Below, piece by piece: positions 53,601-64,000 of a stretch of 64,000 bases of DNA; within the stretch, counting starts at the first letter, position 1; each line of letters begins with the position of its first letter. Source of the stretch: Adineta vaga (taxonomy: Eukaryota; Animalia; Rotifera); assembly GCA_021613535.1 (NCBI GenBank), contig CP075494.1, positions 8,990,001 through 9,054,000 on the forward strand. Reading direction: 5' to 3'. Under the pieces are notes generated by a model. The model saw only the letters and a program-made list of their open reading frames with translations. It did not search any database and was not told the DNA's origin. The position numbers were made by a program, and so were the translations under genes.

Positions 53601-55013
53601 TTGTTCGGATGAAAAATAACGTTTTAGATTATCTTCGATTTCAACTAATGAACCGTGACCAATAATATTCGATAAATAACATAAAACTCCATCATCGCAA
53701 ATTACAGATAAAGACAAATCACTTTTAACCGATATATACAAATGTCGATCAATCGCGTTTGTTACATGAGATGAAGACATATCCAAAGGATGTGTTGAGC
53801 AAGAGATTTCACTAGGTGATATCATCGTTATAGTTTTAATAATATTTATAGCACAAACGAAATACTACGGAGGAGATATCTCCTAAATATCACGTATATA
53901 TATATATGTGGAGTGAAAGAAACGACTGGTGCCTTAACGGCGCCATAGACAGAATATTAATTTTGACTTCCACTCGTTCTAATAGCTTTAAAGTGTAAAG
54001 ATGCAGAAAAACGACGTAAAAATAATCATTTGTCTGGCATACATTCCCAGTATGATTTTCTTCTTCTTCTTCATAAAAATTGAAGAAAACAATGAAACAA
54101 CTGTTATTGTTTTTGTTTTTATTTAGAATACACAGTTCAAAGTTCTATTGACACGTATATCAATAGGTTTCAATTCAAAAACAAATCAAGGGAATTTCTA
54201 TGTGTCTTATGTAAATAATTTGTTCTATAAACAATCATCAAATATGCTACCATAGATGGACTCTGTACTTGTTAAAAATAAGTACAGTCGTTCTTCGTAT
54301 GGTTGACTCTGGTGCAGAAAGATTTTCTACATCTGATGCCTTCTCATTTTTCGTTTGTGCTTACTTTTTCGTTTGATTGGTTCACCATTTTTATCAAGAA
54401 AAGGTGACGGAGGTGGTAATTCGAAATCTCCATTGTCATTTGAAGAACCATTATTGATAAAAACATCATCATTCAGTTTTTCCATATTCTCACTTAATTG
54501 GGAAATATTATTTAAATCAAATCGAACACAGGAAACTTGACGTTTTAATTGTTGCATTGATTCATGAAGATGATTACGATCAGCTTCTAAATCAACGTAA
54601 ATTTCATATTCCGAATCGGCACGACGTGAACGACGAGATTCAATATGTACGACATTAATACCATTTTCCTTTTTAGAAGAAAATAAAAAGGTCAATCCTA
54701 TCATCAGATCGTTTGTTTTTTTTTATAAAAGAATACCTGAAAAACTTGTAAAGCTCTTGCTAAACCTCCAATTCGATTTTTAATTGAAAATATAAATGAT
54801 GTTGTATTGCCTTGTCGTACAAGTGATTGTAATTTTTCCGGTGGTATATCATGATTAACAGCCGCTACTGCTTCTTGATCATCCATATCTTCATGTAATG
54901 TTGATAATCGATGCTAAATAGAAATTCAATTGTTAATTTCTTATTTCAATACATTACATTCGACTTTTTTCATTTACTTCAAGACATCGAAAATATGACG
55001 ATTTATACGACAT
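50696..55013 (-). CDS. TPH: Tryptophan hydroxylase (ACT plus catalytic domain); multi-exon
   Basis: ACT domain [30 protein letters not shown]. Catalytic motifs [16 protein letters not shown] and [23 protein letters not shown] and CYFFTIEFG match TPH rather than PAH (AGLLSSRDF/YWFT). Putative first exon [12 protein letters not shown] starts at 55013. Confidence 0.9.
52653..53825 (-). CDS. Intronless 390-aa ORF nested on the same strand in TPH intron 52564-54364; nested gene or alternative first exon
   Basis: 1173-nt open frame in very AT-rich DNA, with an ATG start and a TATA-like run about 70-80 nt upstream. Helical N-terminus, coiled coil and Ser/Pro-rich C-terminus. Confidence 0.8.
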   Translation of the reverse strand: MISPSEISCSTHPLDMSSSHVTNAIDRHLYISVKSDLSLSVICDDGVLCYLSNIIGHGSLVEIEDNLKRYFSSEQINQALNNLRHCLEYTLSTIDLNKDQEVFDILQQCSINLIDTTAILLIMETIYNNQFFSYLPVFITNDWLHMIRSVQNLEKLDLAPTFSISNLAKQMLHLKDHLTLLHNLVNKFYSVSSSIPSPSTSPLSFADQCCLRTSCPHNPSIYPSTPMILIDSISSSPWSSTEMNINPVATVTGFIRNPVTNFIMPIIDTTSSDMESSFVSIDDNLSTDDEQEIPSFSFCRRYSDQSTSSRTGPIVVKRADGLWMYPAAVLNPRNQSLFSSVHESLDPNEFKPHYGRANSCDIDLVSKHKRDSEPKIKPKRPSVKQKQRKG

Positions 55014-55686
55014 TCGTTCCAATAAACTTTTCTTTTTTGCTAGTTAAATACAAATGAGTCGTCTGTACTTATATACGACGAGGATTGAATGAACGAAGTA
55101 GAGATATATCTCTTTCTCGGGTTTCTCTCTTCTTTTCTTTTCTGTTATCAGAAGAAGTGCGGAGGAGGCATATGTTTTCTACTCATTTTGAAATCAATTC
55201 AATGACAGTAATGAGTTTCTGAAGATTTGATATAATCACTACATTTTTGACATGAATATCAAGAAGCCATTTAATAAGATATGTTCTCTTTATAAAAATA
55301 GAAGTCTGTAATTATAGATCGAATAGACTGATGTAATTATCTTTCTTTTCCCAATAACGTCTTTGAATATATTGCATATTAGTCACAAAAACTGATTAGA
55401 TAAGAATATAGAATCACGAAAGAAAACTTCATTATATTTTTACATGGAATAAACAATTCTTTTGCAAAATATCGAATATAACTAGACAGTAAATAAAACA
55501 ATGAAATATTATATGCATATTTGATAAGTGATTGGAATCAGTTGAATGTACCCAATTTGGTTCATTTGAATTCATCAAATCGATATTGATTACTTTAACT
55601 ATTGAATTATATTCATTTAGAAAAAGAAACAATGTTTACATACAAATCGCGAAGAGGAAAAAAGTTTTACTTAAAAATGACTTAAA

Positions 55687-58046
55687 CTAAATCGGTCGGT
55701 ATGAATGAAAATCATTATAAAATATATCTGTTTCTAGTAATGATTGTTTAACATGCAAGTATTCAAAATCATAATCTAAAAAAGCTGTCTCATCTCCTTG
55801 ATGAGTCCATTCTGTAAAAAATACTATATGTCGATGATTTGGTGGAATACAATCTCGAGTTATAAAAGACTGACGAGAATTTTGTATAGATATTCCAGCA
55901 GCTAGATTCATATCAATATATAAATAATGTGTTCGAGATGTATTTTCTGCAATAAATATCGAAAAATCTGATTGTCGATGTGTTGTATAATAATTAAAAT
56001 ATTGATTCTAAATAGAAAATATAGAAAGAAATAAGTCATTCGAAGAAAACTGAATGACCTAACTTGGTGTAGTTTATGGTTTTGTTTTAAAATGATGACA
56101 ATAATACAATCAGTTAAAATTGTTGCGGGTTCATTAATAAGTTGAATATCGAGTTGAAATTTTGAATGTATCACTAAAGTATAATCTCGTTGCAAGTCAA
56201 CATATTTCTCATTCCAGAAAGTTGTTGAAAATGGAATAAGAATATAATAACCAGGATTTAATAAACCTGACCAATGTGTTAATGAATGACGACCGGCTTT
56301 TATGATAGAAACATGTGTACCAATAGTTTTCATTTGTCTACCTTTTACATCACATAAAACAAAGAATTGTGTATGATAACATGGTATATGACGACTTTGA
56401 CGATGATATATTAGACTAGTAGTAATTGGTGATCTTCTAAAAGACGATAGAAATAGTTGAAAATGTATAAACATTCTATTACTTATGACAGTTAAGATCG
56501 AGAAGGAAAACTTCTGACTCCGATCTTATTCATAAGAATATTTTGCTTTATTACTGACATTTTAAAGAGTATATTCACTGTCTATTTCCGTGAGTTTTCT
56601 TTGTTAGGAAAATATTGATTAACATCTTACTGTGGTACATAGAAATGAAACGCTGGAATTGGTTCCTTTGATGATTGAGTAAATTGAGCGACTTGTCGTA
56701 CATCATAATAGTCACTAATATATGATGATATTGTAATAGAAGCAAAAAATTGAAGAAAGACTGGCCATGAAATCCAAAAAGCACCCGACGATAGATGACT
56801 TCGAAGGAAAGAATTTAACTGAACAAGAATTATCGGTGTTATCAGTGGTTCACGATAATCCGTCGTGGCATGTGGGTCACGAACTAGTACAAATCGCATG
56901 GAATTAGTTGGTAGAGTGTGTGCAGCAAGAATAGAAAATACATGATTAGTATTAATATGTGCATGATTATATTCATTTTCACTAACGTCAGTTCGACCAG
57001 TAGCTGCACCAATCAATAATCTAGAAAGAAAGAATTCATAATCAAAAGAATATATTAGAGAATAAATTTGCATACTGAAATTCACAAGCTGATAGAAGTT
57101 TTGCCCAAATAAGATCACTATTAAATTCCTCATCTTGTGAATTAATAATAATACGATCACATGGTGCACCTGTTAATAATTGTAGACCTTCTTCAGCATG
57201 TCCACCACATAATTCTGCATAGGAACCAAATAATTTAGCACATGCCTTTTCAATTAATGGAACATATAATTGACAACGATTTGCTTGTGAATATGCTAAT
57301 TGATTGTATTTTGTACATGGAAAACAATCATCAACAATCACTGTTTTCCAGAGACCATTGTGACAAATACGTATAAGATAAATACCTTCTTCATTGACTT
57401 GTTTTGTTAATACAATTCGTTCGAGAATTTTCGGTTGTTCAGCAATTAAAGTCAATGCTGCCAACAACCAACAATCACCAAGTATTCCTTGTTGAATATC
57501 ACTCGGTGATGGTGAAGAATATACAGTCCAAGTTAATTGTTGATCTTTTCGTAATGAAAATGAACATATTTGAGAAATTCTTAACCATTGAAGAGAGTGA
57601 TCCGTCAGATCACCAATCGAACGAAATGATGGAAGAAATTGATCATCGACAAAATGTATTTTAGTCTATAGAAAACAACTATGAAACCAAGAAACAACTT
57701 CCTATGAGAATTACTGTTCGACAATATGAAAGAATATCATTAAAGAGTTTTTCTGATGCATCAAGTTCATCTTTATGATAATGATCAAGAACAACGGATG
57801 TCGAAGTTGTCCTCCTCAATTGATTGCCATTAGTATCCTTGCGAAAGAATCAAAATAGTTTATACGTTTTTTTTCTTTTGTAAAGTTATATTTTACCGAT
57901 ATTGGTTCGTTTTCATTTACTTGTGGATCAATCTCCTCACATACTTCACATTTCGGATAAATTGATACTGGATTGAAAAACGTACATACCTTACATGACC
58001 ATCGATTCGAATCTGTACATGTTTGACTCATTAACATACTAATCAT
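55687..58046 (-). CDS. Calpain-15/SOL-like protease (RanBP2 zinc finger, CysPc, SOH-like domain); multi-exon
   Basis: WSCKVCTFFN...CEVC; IQQGILGDCWLLAAL; RICHNGLWKTVIVDDCFP; LYVPLIEKACAKLFGSY; EGLQLLTGAPC; HVFSIL; GAFWIS. Confidence 0.9.
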
Positions 58047-58565
58047 TATACTTTATATATAGATTTTGTCACGTTTTGATGTTTTTTCAATGCGGTGAAA
58101 AATGTAAAGAATCGCATCCTTTTAACTACGACGAAAAGAATACGAAATAAAAAAAAGGTAAAAACCAGACTAATCGAGATTAACCGGTTTTTTCCTATTC
58201 ACATTAGGAAATCAACGATGACTGAAAGGTTTCTTTCTTCATATTACCTTTCATTGCACATTTGATCTTGGAAGAAGTCTGTTCTAATTTTTTTTCTCCA
58301 AATATAACCATTTGTTCGGATCTGACTCACTGTATTTACAATACATTTTTGCTATTCTTTTAAAAACTCTTTCGCAGAAAAAGAAATGATAATATACGTT
58401 GGAAAAAACAAAAGTGAAAACAAACATCTATGAGAAATATTTAGAATTCAATTTTCGAGTTTGGTATTAATGGTCATAGTTTAAAAGTTAATTTATTTGT
58501 TTATTAGAAAAAAAATGGCACTATTTGTATGCTTAAATTCAAACGATGATGAGATGAATTTTAAT

Positions 58566-61053
58566 CTAGTCTGATGCTTCTTTCTTTTCTTCTTCTTCAG
58601 CTTCCTCTTCATTGTTAAGAAAAGCTTTATCGTCAACTTCTTCGACTTGTAAATAACGTTCACCATCAACATTAGTCCAATATTTATTTGATGGTAAATT
58701 TCGATCTTCATTAGACATTTCATTTTCTATAGCGAAAACGATTCGTGCTCGTTCCAAATGCCTATGATATTCAATAAATTATTATTCAAAAAAATGACAA
58801 ATCAGTTTACTAACCAGACTTGTGTTGCACCTTCAATGATATTTCCATATGTATCACCCATCATAGCGACAAGTAAATTAAGCAATAAAATTGTAACAAC
58901 AATAATATAAAAAATCAATAAGGTCACACTGATATATCGATAGGATGTTTCTGTGTATGCATCAAGGTCGAAATCTCCTAACATGCCGAGAAAACATTGT
59001 TTGACACTAACAAGAAAACCGCTAAAACCTAAAATGAAATCAAACTATTCGTTTTCATTATATACATATAGATTTGTTTATTTTACCGTTTTGTTCGAAC
59101 AATACAAAAAAAGTTTGCGAAAATCCAGCAAGAAAGACCACATAGATAATACAAAAACGTAAAACATCATTGAATAACATCTCGTAAATCATCACAACAA
59201 ATGGACCAGTTAAACGAAATGCCATCACAAAGAAAAGCATATAACCCCAACCAAGAATTGATGCAACAGCTAATGCAGCTGTTTCAGCTCTCATATCAAA
59301 TATACGAAGAATATTAACGATGTATATACTTAAACAAAATAAACATGATAAACAATTTTCCAGAAGACCAGAACCCTATATACGATCAGATGTTCTTTAC
59401 AAGAAAATCAAAGCTTGATTTTACCGTTGTTTGAAAGTATTTTTTTATGCCCAAACTATTCATCTCTTTAAATTCACTTCTTCCTTTCCATATAGCCCCT
59501 CCCAAAACAATTAATCGACCCACAGTACAAATAAATTGCAGAATGAGTCCTGGCGGTTCCATACTCGTGACCACAGCATCGTCTCCTTCACCTTCAGTCT
59601 ATAAAATAATCAAATTTATCAATTAATGATCTAGACAATCTGATAAAAAATTTAGAAAAATGTCATCTTACTATTTCTGTGCGTGTTTGATCGAGAATAG
59701 TTGTAACTAGAAAGATCATAAGATACGAAAATGTTACAAGGAATCGACTGAAAAAGATTGCTCTTGCAAAACGTTCCCATTTTTTATTGACTAAATCAAT
59801 CATCCGTGGATGCATAATCAATTCAACATGTGCATTTTGCACAATGATTTCTAATGCACCAACAGGATTTTGCTGATCCTAAATGAACTCAAGTAGATGA
59901 ATAATGTTTTATTAGTATAAAAGAAAATCAAAGAAATTCCTACATCTTCTTGAAATTCTAAATCAACTTGATCAAGCGGATAAAGTACACATGATACAGG
60001 ACCAAAACTCCATTGAACAATTTTACGTTCTTCGAGTAAAAATGAAAACATGTCTGCTTGTCCTAATTTTGCTGCTAATGTTAATGGTGTGTAACCATCT
60101 TTATTTAAACGTTTCCATAATGGAATAATTCGTTTCTTTTCTAATTGATAAAGTTCATCTTCTTCATCATCTGAATTATCGGGTTCTTGGTCAGCAATCC
60201 AACGTTCTTTAAATTTCGTATACATTTTTGGTAAATTATGAATTACAAGTAAATGTAGAACAGTATTTCCATTTGAATCAACCTAAATAGAACTCGTTCG
60301 AATTTTACAAAACAACAATATATAAATAACAAACCGCATCCATCGACGCACCATATTTCAATAAGATTTCCGCGATATTCCATTGATTTGTACAACAAGC
60401 GAATGCTAATGGTGTTTCACCATAATAACATGGTCGACCTCTAGAAAAATATATTCGATCAAAGATTTCTTTGAAAATTGAAAACTTACACTTGAAAGAA
60501 ATTACCACTAGCAGCTGCCGTTAATTGTTGCTCTTGATAGGCTATATTATGATCTTCACCAAGTAACCATTCGACCATAGTTGGATTACGTTTGATAATC
60601 GCAATATGAAGAACGACTTCACCATAATATTCCTAAAATAAATTCGAATTATTAGATAAATGATAGTTTAGTTTTTTTTACAGCTAGGTTATATATTTGA
60701 GTGATTGTATAAGGAAAGTTTATGATTAAATATCGAGCCATACTTAAATGCGTTTCACTTCCGTATAAAAATAACATATGAACGGGACATTCACCAACAG
60801 GTCCTCGAGCATCGACATTTTTTGGATCTTGCGTAACAAGACGTTTGAATGCTTCTTCATCAGCTTTTCGAACCGCTTCCCAGATAGTTCCACCTTTTCG
60901 TGAATTTTCTGTTTGTCGTTCAACGGCAGATAATTCAGCATTTTTATCTTGTGCAGTTCCTTCAGTTGCATCTTCTTTTTTAAGACTTTTACGAAAACGA
61001 GACCAAATGTTTATAACTGCGGTTGATGATCCATTTTTATCTTCAGTAGACAT
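58566..61053 (-). CDS. TRPV-family cation channel (ankyrin repeats plus 6TM); multi-exon
   Basis: GEVVLHIAI, YYGETPLAFACC, GNTVLHLLV, GYTPLTLAAKLG, WSFGPVSCVLYPL, FRLTGPFVVMI and LLLNLLVAMMGDTY. Confidence 0.93.
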
Positions 61054-61113
61054 GTCGAAGTTACCGTGCGTAACGTTGTTGGTATGTATTAACGAAACAG
61101 GTATGGCTATTTG

Positions 61114-61156
61114 TTACTATTATTATTATTATTATTTATTATTACCACCACCACCG
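61114..61156. repeat. (TAT)n(CCA)n trinucleotide run upstream of the TRPV start codon
   Basis: Read directly from the sequence. Confidence 0.8.
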
Positions 61157-61775
61157 CTGCATGAAACGATCATGAATATTAACCGACGAATATTTTTTTC
61201 TTTCTATCGATTCGTTGATTTTTTTGCAAAATGTAATCCATGTTATACATATCGATATGATAGTGTATACTCGTCATGATGATCAATCGAGCGTAAACAT
61301 ATAAAAAAACTCGATATGAAGGATAAACATGCATATCACAAGAAATACTTTGATATACTTGCGTAGAAAAGAATAAATAAAAAACTCTCAGAAATTATGT
61401 AACTTAGTAGAATTATTGTTCTCAAAATTCAATAACTTCATACTATAGACACTTATCGACTATTATAACGAATAAATAAACAAAAAAATCTTTCAAGGTC
61501 ATTCTATTAAGAAAGACTAAAATATTTCATTATATGTGAATAGAATTATATTGTCTATTTCTCCTGCTTTAATCTGAATATACGATATTTTTGCTCGCTA
61601 ATACACTGAGGATATACTAAATAACTATGATTCATTACCTATAACAAGGCCGTACCGTTTTCCTACATAAATATGCATATAATTATGAATATAATAATAT
61701 GATTATACATCACAATCATACCCGAAACACCTAGCATTAATTTTCCATTTCTTATTCGTTACTACGAATATCAAT

Positions 61776-64000
61776 ATGTATCAGTACTATTATTCATCTG
61801 AACTATATCCACAATATAGTCACACATTGAATATGTATCAACCATTTCATCAATACATTCCTGATTCGAATGTCTATCAATCAATGTACCAATATACTTC
61901 TCCGCAAAATCTATACGAATCAACTCACCAATACACTTTCACACCAACTATTCCACAAGCATTTGAACAAATTCGCTCCACTTCTAATATTCAACAACTA
62001 ACTCAAACATACAGTCCTATTCCGATTGTTCAAAAACCACTTCAACATTACAATCTGACACCGATTGCATATCGACCAACTCGCAAATTTGACACTATAA
62101 AGAATAGTCGTCAAGTGTTTCCCCCACTCATCAGCAACAGCAAGGGGAGCACATCGAATAGAAATCAGCTTTCACAATCTTCTTCAGGCATATTATCTCG
62201 ACATTGTCAGACGATTAAAACCAAAGCGAATAACATTTCTACTACGGAATTACAACATTTGCTTGATGAAATTCAACATGAATTCGATAATGTTAAAGAT
62301 ACAAAACAACATACTAAAAATATACGGACATTTGTTCTAACACTTATTTCTGTTAAACTGTCAATATTAACAACAGTCAAGCATCACAATGTTTTTCATC
62401 AACTACGTCCAACGTTGATTCATCTTCTTCGACAATGGCGACGACAATCAACATTGAGCGAAAATGATGTTTTTCTCTTTCGATCGATCATTAAATTAAC
62501 CACAAAACTTCTAAAACATGTTAGGGAAATTAATCAATATCCATTCTGGTTATTCAATCCTGTACTACTCGAAATGATAGCTTCTTGTCTTACAGATATT
62601 AGCAAATCTGCGCAATTTATTAATGAAAATAATAAACGTGAATCGCGCAGTTTCATTCGTTTATTCACATTATACATTAAATATCAAACAGATATAGAAA
62701 AAGAAAAAGCAACGAATAAAGATGTATTAATTCAATTAATTGATCCTACTGTTCAATGTTTAACTTCAAATTATTATATTGATGCAGTTAGTAAAATAAA
62801 AACCAATGATAAACTAATGAAAATACGAGCGAAATTCTTTCTACATAAATGTCCAATCTTTCTCACTGCGTATAATGGTTTGTACACTTCGTAACCTTGA
62901 CAAAGTAAAAACAAATCGATATTTTCATTCTTGTCTTTTTTTAGGACCACGTATAGAATACATTATGGAAGGATTACTTTCGACAATGTCACCGCAGTAT
63001 TTAACTATACTTAATGATTTAATACCTTCTATTCATCAATGGAAACCATCAACAATGCAAGCTGTCAATCAATTAATCAAACTAATCAATCATGGACCGT
63101 CAACATCAAAATTACTTGCTACTCATTTACCTATTATCGATCATGTTTTAACAATAGTTGATACATCTTTATTGTATAATAAATTAGTAGAAAATCTTTC
63201 CAATCCTGAAACAGTGTTAATGAATACAGCAGTTCATTTCCTAGCAGACATGGTAAATGAACCAACCATTTTAGCACATATTAAACAAAAGAAACTGACA
63301 TCATCATTTTTACGTTTAATATCAGCTCCATATGAACCATTAGTTCATGATATATATGCAATTCTTGCTTTGACAACTTCTGAAAAAGATATAAATGAAA
63401 TGCAAAATCCAAGTTTATTATTGTCACCTGTAGTTCGATCATTAAAAGAAGCTGTTTTCAATTATAAATCTGATGATCAAACACAAGTTTTACAATTCTT
63501 AAATACACTTAAAGGTAAGCGATATTTAAGATTAGAAAAACATATCTATATGCATTTTTTCTATTTAGGTCTTGTTCAACATGAACAAATAAAAGAAGAA
63601 ATACTTAAGAAAGATATATTTTCATCTCTTTTGGAATGGACGAAAAATTTTACAGGAGATATATTAACAGTTTTATTAGAAACAATATGGGCATTATCAT
63701 TTTCTCATAGTGGGACACTTGAACTTCGAAAACATCCGGAATTTCTGGAAAAAATTCAGACTATTGCTCAAAGTGCTAGTAGTGAAGAATTGAAAAAAGC
63801 ATCAGAGGGTTTAGTTTGGAAACTTGTACAAGGTATTGAAAGATAAAATAAGATCTATAGAAAAATCATACATTGACGATTTTAGAACCGGCATTTTTGG
63901 AAAAAGCAGAACAGAAACGAAAAGAACAAAACGAAAATATGGTAGAAGAGGATATCGAAACAACAGAAGTCGTTATTGGACCAGATGGTAAAGAACAAAT
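61776..64000 (+). CDS. ARM/HEAT-repeat protein with N-terminal Q/Y-rich repeats; 3'-truncated by the window; possibly ARM-TIR type
   Basis: Exons 61776-62877, 62945-63514, 63570-63831 and 63885-end. Helical ARM-like segments LKGLVQHEQIKEEI, LETIWALSF and LKKASEGLVWKL. Confidence 0.75.

Noticed and set aside
60845-61279. 144-aa plus-strand ORF with poly-Y/poly-P
   Set aside because: Antisense shadow of TRPV exon 1 plus a trinucleotide repeat; non-ATG start.

Overview
AT-rich, gene-dense animal genomic DNA with many short (~50-60 nt) GT-AG introns. The tiny introns, non-metazoan-type enzymes and ARM-repeat and orphan-GPCR genes suggest a bdelloid rotifer (inference, not verified). I can support about 24 protein-coding loci. 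Metazoan core genes: DUS2, a WD40/EF-hand WDR49-like gene, HP1/CBX, a 26/29-kDa cathepsin, Tubby, ZDHHC3/7, tryptophan hydroxylase, calpain-15/SOL, TRPV, a claudin-like gene and three GPCRs. Candidate horizontally acquired genes: a SUR1/CSH1-like GT32, a secreted dienelactone hydrolase, two Baeyer-Villiger monooxygenases, a sterol glucosyltransferase and a PMP3 peptide missed by the ORF track. The top finding is an intronless 390-aa ORF inside a TPH intron. It resembles a CR1/L2 ORF1 N-terminus and ends at a possible phase-matched splice donor, so it may be an alternative first exon replacing the ACT domain of TPH. Other findings: a Capicua-N1-like zinc finger fused to a CENP-B-like HTH, a 13-aa Q/Y repeat on an ARM protein, a frameshift in the cathepsin active-site exon, a probable premature stop in a GTPase, and patchy near-identity between the BVMO paralogues. 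No rRNA, tRNA, CRISPR array or intact transposon was recognised. Exon boundaries were read by eye, and family calls come from recalled motifs, not database searches.
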